Below, one piece after another: positions 1 to 9,138 of a stretch of 54,325 nucleotides of DNA. Below the pieces are notes generated by a model. That model saw only the letters and a list, made by a program, of their open reading frames with translations, did not search any database and was not told the DNA's origin. The position numbers were made by a program, and so were the translations under genes. The stretch comes from Gemmatimonadota bacterium (lineage in GTDB: Bacteria > Gemmatimonadota > Gemmatimonadetes > Palauibacterales > KS3-K002): positions 1 through 54,325 of the forward strand of contig JBDHJS010000022.1 of assembly GCA_039586795.1 (NCBI GenBank), written 5' to 3'. Numbering within the stretch: position 1 is the first letter of the stretch; every line of letters starts with the position of its first letter.

Positions 1-922
1 GCTTGGACAAACCATTGGCCAAATCGAGCAAGCCGGCTGCGCGCTTCTCTTCCGAGATCACTAGATCGAGCATCCCAAGGTGATCGCGAAACAGCAGCAC
101 GGAATCTTTGTCGACGATCTCAGCGTTCGGCGTGTACTGCTGGTATAAGCCTGCCGCCATCGGCGTCACGTACTCATGCGAGAACCGGATGTCCGTCCGC
201 ACGAATCCCGTGTCCCCCGGCTTCACTGCGGGCACACCGACCTTACCTTTCGACAGATTGGCGATCCAGCGCCGGGCAAGCACTCGCTCGGCAACCGTCA
301 TCGGCCGGTTGGCCGGCGTCTCCGGCAGCGGCGGCGAAACCTCCCCGCTCTGCCGCGCCTTGTTGTAGGCGAACAGGCCACCTCGCTCAATGATCTCTTT
401 CGTGATCGGATCGGCGCCTCCCGTGAATTCCGACAGGGGTATCGATTCGCCACGACGCACCCGATCGATCATTCCGAAATCAGTCGACGTGAGTAGCCCC
501 AGGTTCTGACAGTTCTCCCGGTAGATGCGTTCGATGTTCTCGGCGATGACGATCCGAACGCCGGCGCATAACTCGGCGAACGGCGACGCTTCACGGCTCG
601 ACCCCTTCCCTCGACGTTTACCCGACACGCAGGCAACGAAGCCACCGTTCTTCACATCGTTATGACCGATCGGCCGCTCCTCCTCGCACTCCAGTCCGAC
701 GTACGGATACTCACCGAGCTTCTCGTCGTAGTGATAGCAGACCCAAACCGGTGTGATCTCGTCCGTCGAGATGTCGTCCCGCAGCTTGATCGATGGATCC
801 CAGTCAAGATCCTCCCCGGCCAACTGCTGACGAATGAGCTCAGGATCCTCTGTCAAGAACAGTATGCGACCCTCAAAACGCACCGCCGGGCCTTTTGGCC
901 CGCTCTCCAACGTCATTCCCAT
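1..922 (-). CDS. Aconitase/isopropylmalate dehydratase-family protein with N-terminal swivel (small-subunit-like) domain; runs off the left edge
   Basis: Absent from the ORF track because it has no stop in the window. Hand translation from ATG 922 (AAGGA upstream) gives MGMTLESGPKGPAVRFEGRILFLTEDPELIRQQLAGEDLDWDPSIKLRDDISTDEITP..., later GKRRGKGSSREASP and VIAENIERIYRENCQNLG (LeuD-type swivel motifs) and LFRDHL (large-subunit-type). Confidence 0.8.
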   Translation of the reverse strand, partial: MGMTLESGPKGPAVRFEGRILFLTEDPELIRQQLAGEDLDWDPSIKLRDDISTDEITPVWVCYHYDEKLGEYPYVGLECEEERPIGHNDVKNGGFVACVSGKRRGKGSSREASPFAELCAGVRIVIAENIERIYRENCQNLGLLTSTDFGMIDRVRRGESIPLSEFTGGADPITKEIIERGGLFAYNKARQSGEVSPPLPETPANRPMTVAERVLARRWIANLSKGKVGVPAVKPGDTGFVRTDIRFSHEYVTPMAAGLYQQYTPNAEIVDKDSVLLFRDHLGMLDLVISEEKRAAGLLDLANGLSK

Positions 923-932
923 CTCGCGTCCT

Positions 933-1337
933 TTATGAATCGACTATGAGGTGCTCCGGCAACCGCTGCCGTCCCGCATATCCCGCTTCAATCTCGTGCC
1001 AGTACTCGATTCTCTCTTCACCTGACTTCCAGCACAGAAGGATCGGTCGCCCGTCCAACATCCCGGGGAAATCTACGAGCCCCGGCTCGAAACCCTTGAA
1101 CTGGGCTCCCACCGTTTCCAGTTCCTCGACGTAACCGACGATGACTTCGGTAAGGTCCCGAAGCTCGGCACCCAACTGGCGCGTCCGCTTCTGCGCACCT
1201 TCCGGCCGCGCCTCCAGCTGCTCGTACTCCAAGACGCGCTTCATGCGCTCCTCGTGCGTCGCCATGATGTCCGTCATGATGCGCCGCACCAGCGGTAGCG
1301 ATCGATTCGCCTCGTCTACCGTGAAGTACTTCGTCAT
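933..1337 (-). CDS. DUF2203 family protein
   Basis: MTKYFTVDEANRSLPLVR start and GLVDFP...LCWKSGEERIEYWHEIEAGYAGRQ end match the family pattern; GGAGG upstream of ATG 1337. Confidence 0.85.
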   Translation of the reverse strand: MTKYFTVDEANRSLPLVRRIMTDIMATHEERMKRVLEYEQLEARPEGAQKRTRQLGAELRDLTEVIVGYVEELETVGAQFKGFEPGLVDFPGMLDGRPILLCWKSGEERIEYWHEIEAGYAGRQRLPEHLIVDS

Positions 1338-1409
1338 GCGGGAAACTCGTCCTCCATGAAGCCTAGAAGCTATACCCCGGCGCAACCCCCGGATACCCGA
1401 ATGCGCGCG

Positions 1410-2555
1410 TCAGTCGGCCAGCACCGAGATCGCCGCCTCGTTGTCCTCCGTCGTGTTGTAGAAGTGCGGCGACAAGCGGACCGCCCCGAGACGGTAGTCA
1501 CAGATCACGCCCGCCTCACTCAGCCGCCCCACCGCGTCCGCCGCGTCGGCCTGCTCGACCATTATGATCGCCGATCGCCGCTCCGGGGTTCCGGCGCCGC
1601 GAACAGAAAGCCCAGCACCAGCGGCCCGCTCCACCAGATCCTCCGTCAACGATGAATCGCGCTGCCGGATCCGTTCCACTCCGATCTCCAGCACCATCTC
1701 CAACCCCGCCCGGGCGGTATAAAGCGTGGGAACCGCCGGTGTACCCAGCTCGAATCGCTGCGCATCGCCCCGCAGCTCCAGACCCGACCTGTCGAAAGCG
1801 AACTGGTTCTCCACCCCGAACCAACTCACCACCGTGGGATCGAGTGAGTCGATCAGCTCGCCCCGCACATAGCCGTACGCCAGCCCCGTGCCGCCCAACA
1901 GCCACTTCAGGCCGCCGGTCAACAGAAAGTCGGCGCCAACCTCTCTAGCATTCACCGGAAGCTGGCCGATAGATTGATACGCGTCGATCAGGCAGAGGGC
2001 GCCTCGGTCGTGCGCCAACCGGGCGATCGCCGCGACGTCCTGGATGGCGCCCGTCGTGAAGTAGACCTGCGACGTCGCGACCAGCGCCGTGCGGTCGTCC
2101 ACCGCGTCGGCAAACGCGTCGAGCGGCACGCTGATCCCGTCGGGGGATTCCAGCACCACCGTCTCGATGCCCAACTTGGATTTGGCGAGGTACTGGTAGA
2201 CGAGGGTTGGGAAATCGAGCTCGGTAGTAATGACCTTCGGACGGCTCTCGAAGTCGATGGCGCTCGAGATCGTCGCCAGCGCGCCAGATACGCTCGGCGC
2301 CAAGAAGCACTCACGCTCGTCGGCGCCGATCAGCCGCGCGTAGAGCGCCCGAACGTCAGATGTCGCCTGGATCCACGGCTCGTACCACGCCGACGCGCCA
2401 TAGCGGTCCCAAAGGTCGGCGAACTCGTCCAGCGCAGCGCGCGCCTTTTCCGATAACGCGCCCAGCGAGCACGAACTCATGTAGACCGATGACTTGAAGA
2501 TTGGAAACTGTGGACGATACTCTCTGGCTAGCTCGTACAACTCGGCTTTTGGCAT
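1410..2555 (-). CDS. Class V PLP-dependent enzyme (kynureninase/cysteine desulfurase-like)
   Basis: YMSSCSLG, DAYQSIG, GGLKWLLGG (PLP lysine), RFELGTP and VRLSPHFYNT motifs. Confidence 0.85.
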   Translation of the reverse strand: MPKAELYELAREYRPQFPIFKSSVYMSSCSLGALSEKARAALDEFADLWDRYGASAWYEPWIQATSDVRALYARLIGADERECFLAPSVSGALATISSAIDFESRPKVITTELDFPTLVYQYLAKSKLGIETVVLESPDGISVPLDAFADAVDDRTALVATSQVYFTTGAIQDVAAIARLAHDRGALCLIDAYQSIGQLPVNAREVGADFLLTGGLKWLLGGTGLAYGYVRGELIDSLDPTVVSWFGVENQFAFDRSGLELRGDAQRFELGTPAVPTLYTARAGLEMVLEIGVERIRQRDSSLTEDLVERAAGAGLSVRGAGTPERRSAIIMVEQADAADAVGRLSEAGVICDYRLGAVRLSPHFYNTTEDNEAAISVLAD

Positions 2556-2578
2556 AACAACCCTGAATCTCGGTTAAC

Positions 2579-2818
2579 ATGTCCGACACAAACGACAATG
2601 ACTTCGGCCCACTCTACGATTCGGACCACTCTAAGAAGCTCGAGTCCGCCGATCGCAAGAACCCCATCCCCGGCGGCGAACCGCCCTGCCCCGTCTGCGG
2701 CCAGAAGATCGTCCGCCTCGTCGAAACGCGCCACGCGCCTGCGGATGGGTCGGAGTTTCGAGTCAGACTGGTCTGCTCCAATCAGGAGTGCCGGCGGTGG
2801 ACGGTGTATGACTGGTAG
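2579..2818 (+). CDS. Small hypothetical protein, probable zinc ribbon
   Basis: 79 aa with CPVC and CSNQEC cysteine pairs; divergent from the class V enzyme. Confidence 0.6.
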   Translation: MSDTNDNDFGPLYDSDHSKKLESADRKNPIPGGEPPCPVCGQKIVRLVETRHAPADGSEFRVRLVCSNQECRRWTVYDW

Positions 2819-2878
2819 GTGGTGGGTGGCAGGTGGTAGGTAGTAACTGAAACTACCTGCCACCTGCCACCAACTACC
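2814..2878. repeat. GGTAGGT-type heptamer repeats arranged as an inverted repeat between convergent genes
   Basis: ggtaggtggtgggtggcaggtggtaggtagt, loop aactgaa, then actacctgccacctgccaccaactacc. Confidence 0.8.
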
Positions 2879-3180
2879 TACAACACTGCCTCCCTATACA
2901 AAGCATCATCCCCCTCACGCCGCACGCACATCTCCTTCAACCCCGACTGACGGAAGACACCCGCCAGCTCCCCCTCCATCCCCTCCGCCGCCATGTGCTC
3001 CGTAAATTCCAAAAACCGACCCGGCAACATCTGGTCCTCAAACAGCCAAACCTGCGCCCCTAATGCCTGAGCCGCAGCCGCGTAACCCTTCCAAAGCCCC
3101 AAATACTCGTCTCTTCGGTCGGGCCTCACCAGAGCTTTTACCGCCTTTAGCTTTCTTATGCCAGACATTGGTAAATCCAT
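2878..3180 (-). CDS. Hypothetical protein
   Basis: About 100 aa protein-like ORF (VWLFEDQMLPGRFLEFTE); start 3180 or 3168. Confidence 0.6.
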   Translation of the reverse strand: MDLPMSGIRKLKAVKALVRPDRRDEYLGLWKGYAAAAQALGAQVWLFEDQMLPGRFLEFTEHMAAEGMEGELAGVFRQSGLKEMCVRREGDDALYREAVL

Positions 3181-3193
3181 TTTTGGGTCACGA

Positions 3194-3235
3194 GATTCGG
3201 TGATTCGGTGATTCGGCAAATCCAATCCCCGAATC
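3194..3235. repeat. GATTCGGT-type 8-mer tandem repeat (3 units) with one inverted copy
   Basis: gattcggtgattcggtgattcgg followed by ccgaatc. Confidence 0.55.
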
Positions 3236-3317
3236 AATACATTGCTCCTACCCGCGAACCCAACTTACATTGCTCCCATTGGGACAGCACGTAGAAGCCT
3301 CAACCCGGGTTGCAGCC

Positions 3318-3740
3318 ATGCCTGAGGGAAATTCCAGCCGCCTCGCGGCAAAAGCCAACAAGCTGTACTGGCAGACGAACCAGCCCGCTGGCCGTCTGGC
3401 CGACGAGTTGGGCGTCTCCCGCTCCAAGTTGTACGCCATGATCGAGCCGATCCATCTGGACGTCGCGTGCCCCAGCTGCGATACCGAGCTCATCTACAGC
3501 AGTCGCAGCGATCGCCAGTCCGGTCGCGGCCACTGCCCCGAATGTGGTAAGGTGACCGCGGTCACCGCTGTAGAGAAAGCTCCAGCACCAAAAAGGCCTG
3601 AGGAGCACGCCGTTCGCTTGCCGTCGGCATCCACCGTTCGCGACTGGGCCGCATCCACCGGGCCCCGCGAGCTCTGGGCCGTCGCCTTGCTCGGCGCCGC
3701 CGCCGGCCTGCTGGCGGCCGCCTGGTGGCGCAAACGATAA
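3318..3740 (+). CDS. Hypothetical protein: HTH-like segment, zinc ribbon and C-terminal TM helix
   Basis: LADELGVSRSKLY (HTH-like), CPSC...CPEC, hydrophobic tail LWAVALLGAAAGLLAAAWWRKR. Confidence 0.65.
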   Translation: MPEGNSSRLAAKANKLYWQTNQPAGRLADELGVSRSKLYAMIEPIHLDVACPSCDTELIYSSRSDRQSGRGHCPECGKVTAVTAVEKAPAPKRPEEHAVRLPSASTVRDWAASTGPRELWAVALLGAAAGLLAAAWWRKR

Positions 3741-3766
3741 ACCCCAACCACCGATCGAAACCAGAG

Positions 3767-4549
3767 ATGGAAATACTCCGCGAGCCAAAGGTCACCCTGC
3801 TGGCCGCCCAGCAGTACTTTGACCACCCCGATATCGATTGGAAGAGCGACTCCGATGTTGCGGCGCAGCAGCTGGTCGAGTTCGCCGGTCGCCTCTGCTA
3901 TCTCAGCTTCGGCAAGGAGTCGGGCGTCGGCGGTGGCCACAAGACCATCCAGGGCCGCACCACGAACAAAGAGTACATCGATAACGTGCTGACCGTGAAG
4001 CACGGCTCGGTGTTGGAGCACGCCGTCTTCACGTTCCTGTTCGAGGGGATCTCTCGCGCCTTGACGCACGAGCTCGTTCGTCACCGTGCCGGCTTCGCTT
4101 ATTCCCAGCTATCGCAGCGCTTCGTCGACGAGTCGAACATCGCTTTCGTGCTGCCACCCGAGATCGAGGAAGGGACGCCCGCCTTCGACATCTGGAAGCA
4201 GGCCTGCGAAGAGTCACTCGAGTCTTACCGCAAGCTGCTGGAACAGATCACCGAGCAAGTCGCCGGCGAGCCCAGCGCTACCATGCGCCGCAAACGCGCC
4301 CGACAGGCCGCCCGCTCGGTTCTGCCCAACTCCGCCGAGACCAAGATCGTCGTCACCGCCAACGCACGCGCCTGGCGACACTTCGTCGAGTTGCGCGCTT
4401 CCACCTCCGCCGATGCGGAGATCCGCAAGCTCGCCATCGCCACGCTCCGCGAGCTTCAGAAACAGGCGCCCGCTCTCTTCGACGACTTCGAGATCCAGCC
4501 ACTCGACGACGGAACGGAGATGGCGCACCCCGAACACTCGAAGGTGTAG
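3767..4549 (+). CDS. thyX: FAD-dependent thymidylate synthase
   Basis: HGSVLEH, THELVRHRAGFAYSQLSQR (ThyX RHR signature), ARSVLP, NARAWRHFVELR, DAEIR. Confidence 0.95.
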   Translation: MEILREPKVTLLAAQQYFDHPDIDWKSDSDVAAQQLVEFAGRLCYLSFGKESGVGGGHKTIQGRTTNKEYIDNVLTVKHGSVLEHAVFTFLFEGISRALTHELVRHRAGFAYSQLSQRFVDESNIAFVLPPEIEEGTPAFDIWKQACEESLESYRKLLEQITEQVAGEPSATMRRKRARQAARSVLPNSAETKIVVTANARAWRHFVELRASTSADAEIRKLAIATLRELQKQAPALFDDFEIQPLDDGTEMAHPEHSKV

Positions 4550-4576
4550 CACCCAACCTGGCATGATACGGTCGCC

Positions 4577-5920
4577 ATGAACCAGCTGACCGCGGGCGAC
4601 CTGCTGCCCGACATCGTCGTTCCGCCGCCCGGCCCACGCTCCCGCGAGCTCGCCGGGCGATTGCGACACGTCGAATCGCCCAACATCACCTCGATCTCTG
4701 ACGACTTCCCCATCTTCTGGGCCGATGCGTTGGGCGCCAACGTCCTCGACGTCGACGGTAACGTCTACATCGACCTCACCGCCGGCTTCGCCGTCGCCGC
4801 GGCCGGTCACCGCAACCCGCACGTCGTCGACGCGATCAAGCGCCAACTCGACTCGCTGCCCCACGGACTCGGCGACGTCCATCCTCCAGAGATCAAAGTC
4901 CGACTGCTCGAGCGACTAGCCGAAATCGCGCCCGGTGATCTCAGCCAGAGCATCCTCGCCGGCTCCGGCTCCGAGGCCGTCGAAGCCGCGCTCAAGACCG
5001 CGCGGCTCGTCACCGGGAAGCCGGGCGTGCTCGCCTTCAGCGGCGCCTACCACGGACTCACCTACGGCGCGCTATCGGTCACAGACGGCGACTTCTTCCG
5101 CGGGCCTTTCGCTGACCAACTCGGCATTCCCGTCGCACGCGTCCCGTATCCGAACCCGTACCGACTCGCCGCGAAACTCAAAGGCAGAGATCTGCTAGCC
5201 GGAACGCTGGATCTCGTGGCAGAACAGCTCGACGCGAACGATTCCATCGGCGCCATCATCGTCGAGCCGATCCTCGGTCGCGGCGGCATCGTCGTCCCGC
5301 CCGACGGTTTCCTCGACGGACTCCGCGCGCTCTGCGACGAGCGCGGCCTGCTGCTGATCTTCGACGAGGTCTATACGGGGTTTGGGCGCACTGGCCGTTG
5401 GTTCGCCTGCCAGCATGAAGACGTCGTGCCCGACCTCCTCTGCGTCGGCAAAGCCCTCACCGGAGCCCTCCCCTTTTCCGCTTGCATCGGTCGACCCGAG
5501 ATCATGTCCGCCTGGCCACCCAGCAGCGGCGAAGCGATCCATACCAGCACCTTCCTCGGCCACCCCCTGGGCTGCGCCGCCGCCCTCGCCCAGATCGACG
5601 AGATCAAGCGGCTGAGCCTGCCAGATCGCGCCGCGCGCCTCGGTTCCGCGGTGTTGGAACGGCTGCAGGACATGCAGGCCCGGTTTTCGGCCATCGGCGA
5701 CGTCCGCGGCCGCGGCCTGCTGGTCGGCATCGAACTGGTCAAGGACCCCGGAACTCCAGACCCCGACCTCGGTGGCCGCCTCGCCGCCGGAGCCCTCGGC
5801 GCCGGCCTCATCGTTCTTTGCGGCGGCCACATCCTCGAGCTGTCCCCGACGCTGACGATCGACCTCGAGCAACTGGATTTCGCCCTCGCCACCCTGGAGG
5901 GCTTACTCGCGGCGGCCTGA
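4577..5920 (+). CDS. Class III aminotransferase (GabT/ArgD-like)
   Basis: DVDGNVYIDLTAG, SGSEAVEAALK, YHG, IVEPILG, FDEVYTGFGRTG, VGKALTG, DVRGRGLLVG. Confidence 0.9.
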   Translation: MNQLTAGDLLPDIVVPPPGPRSRELAGRLRHVESPNITSISDDFPIFWADALGANVLDVDGNVYIDLTAGFAVAAAGHRNPHVVDAIKRQLDSLPHGLGDVHPPEIKVRLLERLAEIAPGDLSQSILAGSGSEAVEAALKTARLVTGKPGVLAFSGAYHGLTYGALSVTDGDFFRGPFADQLGIPVARVPYPNPYRLAAKLKGRDLLAGTLDLVAEQLDANDSIGAIIVEPILGRGGIVVPPDGFLDGLRALCDERGLLLIFDEVYTGFGRTGRWFACQHEDVVPDLLCVGKALTGALPFSACIGRPEIMSAWPPSSGEAIHTSTFLGHPLGCAAALAQIDEIKRLSLPDRAARLGSAVLERLQDMQARFSAIGDVRGRGLLVGIELVKDPGTPDPDLGGRLAAGALGAGLIVLCGGHILELSPTLTIDLEQLDFALATLEGLLAAA

Positions 5921-5982
5921 CCGATTAAGTTCCCTGCTCGCACAGCGATAATCGGGGCAGTACAAAGACATTAGGAGACGCC

Positions 5983-6258
5983 ATGCCCGGGCCGAACATC
6001 ACCGTTCAGGGCACACCGAACCCGAACGCGGCCAAGTTCACCGTGGACCGCACCCTTGTCGAGGGCGGGGCCAGCGTGTCCTATTTCGACCCCGACAGCG
6101 CCAAAGCCGACCCCATAGCCGCCCGGTTGTTCGAGGTCGACGGCGTCGACTCGCTCCTCATCGCGGAGGATTTCGTCACCGTCACCAAGGCGTCCACCGC
6201 TAATTGGGACGACCTGGCGCCCAAGATCCAGACCATTTTGAAGGAGGTATTATCCTGA
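5983..6258 (+). CDS. Nfu/NifU N-terminal scaffold-domain protein
   Basis: TPNPNAAKF...PIAARLFEVDGV...DFVTVTK....WDDL; AGGAG RBS. Confidence 0.85.
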   Translation: MPGPNITVQGTPNPNAAKFTVDRTLVEGGASVSYFDPDSAKADPIAARLFEVDGVDSLLIAEDFVTVTKASTANWDDLAPKIQTILKEVLS

Positions 6259-7373
6259 AGTACCGCATCCATCCAAACGTCGTTCTCGTCCTCGCTCTGG
6301 TTCTCGTCGTCGCTATCGGTCATGCCTGTAATCGCGCCGAGCAGGGCGCCGATGCCGCTGGCCAGGCCTCGACGATGTCTGCCGGCTCCGCCGACCTCTT
6401 GCTTCCTGAAGAGGTCCATCTAGCGAACGCCCGACAGCTGACCCTAGAAGGCGAGAACGCTGAGGCCTATTTCTCCTCAGATGATCAGCACCTGATCCTG
6501 CAGTCGACCCACGGCGAGTACGGCTGCGATCAGATCTTCACGATCCCAATCACCGGTGGCGATCTCCAGCTGGTGAGCACCGGCAAAGGCCGCACGACGT
6601 GCGCCTATTTCTTCCCCGCCGGCGACCAGATCGTTTACGCGTCGACGCACCTGGACAACGAGGCGTGCCCACCACCACCCGATTTTTCGCAGGGCTATGT
6701 GTGGGGACTGTTCCCGAGCTATGACATCTTCGTCGCCGACCGTGACGGGGGTAACGTGCGCCAGCTGACCGACACCTGGCGCTATGACGCCGAGGCCACC
6801 ATCTCACGCGACGGCGAGAAGATCGTCTTCACGTCGCTGCGCACCGGCGACCTCGAGATCTTCGTCATGGATGCCGATGGTTCCAATGTCGTTCAGTTGA
6901 CCGACGAGCTGGGTTACGACGGCGGGCCCTTCTTCTCATATGATGGGACGAAGATCGTATACCGCGCCCATCACCCGGACACGGAAGAAGAACGCGCCGA
7001 CTACCTGCGACTCCTCGAGCAGGATCAGATCCGTCCGCGCCAACTCGACATCTACTTGATGGACGCCGACGGTTCTAACAAGGTGCAGCTGACTGACAAC
7101 GGCGCCGCCAACTTTGCGCCCTACTTCTTCCCGGACGGCCAGCGCATCATCTTTGTCTCGAACATGGCCGACCCGGATCCCGCGGGCCGCAATTTCGATC
7201 TCTTCATGATCAACGTCGACGGCACCGGCCTGGAGCGCATCACCTTCCACGGCGAGTTCGACGGCTTCCCGATGTTCAACTCGGATGGCTCAAAGCTGGT
7301 CTGGGGCTCAAACAGAAACAACGCGAACCCCGGCGACACCAACGTCTTTATCGCCGACTGGATCGATGATTAG
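6255..7373 (+). CDS. PD40/TolB-like beta-propeller lipoprotein
   Basis: GENAEAYFS, GRTTCAYF, YDAEATIS, GYDGGPFFS and FDGFPMF repeats; signal peptide ending in AIGHAC; probable CTG start at 6255 after AAGGAGG. Confidence 0.85.
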   Translation: MKYRIHPNVVLVLALVLVVAIGHACNRAEQGADAAGQASTMSAGSADLLLPEEVHLANARQLTLEGENAEAYFSSDDQHLILQSTHGEYGCDQIFTIPITGGDLQLVSTGKGRTTCAYFFPAGDQIVYASTHLDNEACPPPPDFSQGYVWGLFPSYDIFVADRDGGNVRQLTDTWRYDAEATISRDGEKIVFTSLRTGDLEIFVMDADGSNVVQLTDELGYDGGPFFSYDGTKIVYRAHHPDTEEERADYLRLLEQDQIRPRQLDIYLMDADGSNKVQLTDNGAANFAPYFFPDGQRIIFVSNMADPDPAGRNFDLFMINVDGTGLERITFHGEFDGFPMFNSDGSKLVWGSNRNNANPGDTNVFIADWIDD

Positions 7374-7417
7374 GTATTGAGGTTACGTGTTGAGGATTAG
7401 GGACTAGGTGCTTGCGA

Positions 7418-7481
7418 GATTCGGGGGTTCGGGATGCATCATTCCAACCCCCGACCCTCGTAAGCCCCGAACCCCCGAATC
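7418..7481. repeat. 16-bp perfect inverted repeat of 8-mer units overlapping the SDR gene end
   Basis: GATTCGGGGGTTCGGG (7418-7433) and CCCGAACCCCCGAATC (7466-7481), between convergent genes. Confidence 0.75.
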
Positions 7482-8335
7482 GCGTTCGCCAACCCTTCCC
7501 GATAGCTCGGGAACTTCAACTCCACTCCAAGTTCAGGCCCAAGTCTCAAACTGCGAACGCGTTTGCTCTCCAGTTTCCGGGCCAGCCTATCCTCATCATA
7601 TCGACGCCGCGCCTCCGCCTCCTCCACCCACTCCGGCAATGGTAAACCCTGCAACTCCGCCGCCAAGTTCGCAAATTCCGACGCCCGGTGCGGCTCATCG
7701 TCTACCATGTTGTAGATCTCGCCGTCGCGGCCGCGCCTCCACGCCGCAAGCAGCCCGCTCACCAGGTCTTCGACGTGGATCCGACTCACCCACGCATCTC
7801 GACCTTTGATCAGCACGTACTTGCCGCTCGCCAGCAGAGGCTTCAGCGTACGACCCGGACCGTAGATCCCCGTGATCCGACAGATCCGCGTCGGCATCTG
7901 GTGGCTCGCCGCCGCCTCCGCGATCAGCCGCTCCGCCGCATGCCGCGCCCTGCCCACAGCACTGTCCGGCCGCACCCGCGTCGTCTCGTCCACCCAGTCG
8001 CCGCCCCGGTCGCCGTATACTCCCGTGCTGCTCGCGTAGAGGAACGCCTCCAGCGGTGCCCCCGCCGTCGCCGCCAACACCTTGGGTAAGTAATCATCCC
8101 CGTCGCCCCGCGGTGGCACGAAATACGCTATCAGCTGGGGAGCGTACCCATCGATCTGTCGCAACGTCTCCGGTTCGTCCAGGTCGCCGATCAGCGGCTC
8201 GATCCCCAGCCGCTCCAGCTCCACTGCCCGCGCCTCGTGCCGCGTCGTCCCGAGCACACGAACGTCCATATCGAGCAACCGGACGCCCAGCCGAGCGCCC
8301 GTGTACCCACACCCGATGATCAAAGCCCGCTTCAT
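7439..8335 (-). CDS. Atypical SDR / NAD-dependent epimerase-dehydratase
   Basis: LIIGCGYTG Rossmann motif, YASSTGVYGD, GIYGPGR, SRIHVEDL, FPSYREG. Confidence 0.9.
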   Translation of the reverse strand: MKRALIIGCGYTGARLGVRLLDMDVRVLGTTRHEARAVELERLGIEPLIGDLDEPETLRQIDGYAPQLIAYFVPPRGDGDDYLPKVLAATAGAPLEAFLYASSTGVYGDRGGDWVDETTRVRPDSAVGRARHAAERLIAEAAASHQMPTRICRITGIYGPGRTLKPLLASGKYVLIKGRDAWVSRIHVEDLVSGLLAAWRRGRDGEIYNMVDDEPHRASEFANLAAELQGLPLPEWVEEAEARRRYDEDRLARKLESKRVRSLRLGPELGVELKFPSYREGLANAIRGFGAYEGRGLE

Positions 8336-8943
8336 GTCGTTCCGTCGCCCGTGAACCCGACCCGGTTCAACAACTCTTCCAGCTGCCGCAAGATCGACAG
8401 CGTCAGCCCCCAGATCACGTGCCCGCCATACTCGATCGTCGGAAACTCCTGCCCCGGCAACACTTCCAGTTCCATCGTGCCCTTATGCTCATCGCCGATC
8501 ACCACATTCAACGGTACCCAAACCGCGTGCTCCACCTCGGTACTCGTCTCCGCCACCACCCCGGGCTCTACCGCGAACACGAACGGCGTGATCGCGATCG
8601 CGGGTATCCGCCGCGTCTTCGGATACACATCGTCTAGCTGCCCCAACAACTTTCCCAACGCGTCGAGATCGACACCAACCTCTTCCAGCGTCTCCCGCAC
8701 CGCGGTCGCCCGCAAATCGGCGTCACCGTCCTCGCTTCGGCCGCCTGGCAGCGCCATGTGCCCCGACCACGGGTCCCGATCGTGCTCCGCCCGCTTGATG
8801 GCCAGAAACTCCAGTCCGCTGCCCGTCGGCCGCAGCATCAGCGCAACCGCCGCCTGCGTGTCATAGCTTCCTTCTTCGGCCCGCCGCGGTGGCCGGCTCC
8901 CGAGCTCTCTAGCGATCCGATCCATCAGAGCCCGTTCAGGCAC
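8332..8943 (-). CDS. Nudix CoA pyrophosphatase (NudL-like)
   Basis: QAAVAL, WSGHMALPGG, ATAVRETLEEVG Nudix box, IWGLT. Confidence 0.9.
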   Translation of the reverse strand: MPERALMDRIARELGSRPPRRAEEGSYDTQAAVALMLRPTGSGLEFLAIKRAEHDRDPWSGHMALPGGRSEDGDADLRATAVRETLEEVGVDLDALGKLLGQLDDVYPKTRRIPAIAITPFVFAVEPGVVAETSTEVEHAVWVPLNVVIGDEHKGTMELEVLPGQEFPTIEYGGHVIWGLTLSILRQLEELLNRVGFTGDGTT

Positions 8944-8998
8944 GCCCAGAACGCTCCCGGCTAGTCTTCAATCCCAAACTCCTAATTCCACAAGGTCC

Positions 8999-9089
8999 AA
9001 TCACACTCATCAGCAACTCATCCCTCATCCCTCAATCATCAACCCCTTTCCCCTGAGCGTTGAGGGATGATCAATTGATGAGTGTGATT
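8999..9089. repeat. Long hairpin containing TCATCCC heptamers
   Basis: Outer arms AATCACACTCATCA / TGATGAGTGTGATT (14 bp perfect); inner arms tcatccctcaa / ttgagggatga. Confidence 0.75.
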
Positions 9090-9138
9090 ATTCCTTTGTC
9101 ATTGACCGTTGCTGATTGACAGTTACAACACCCGCGCG

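Noticed and set aside
1410..2555. Assigning kynU or a second sufS symbol
   Set aside because: It lacks the RxGxHC catalytic loop of desulfurases, and kynureninase specificity cannot be established from motifs alone.
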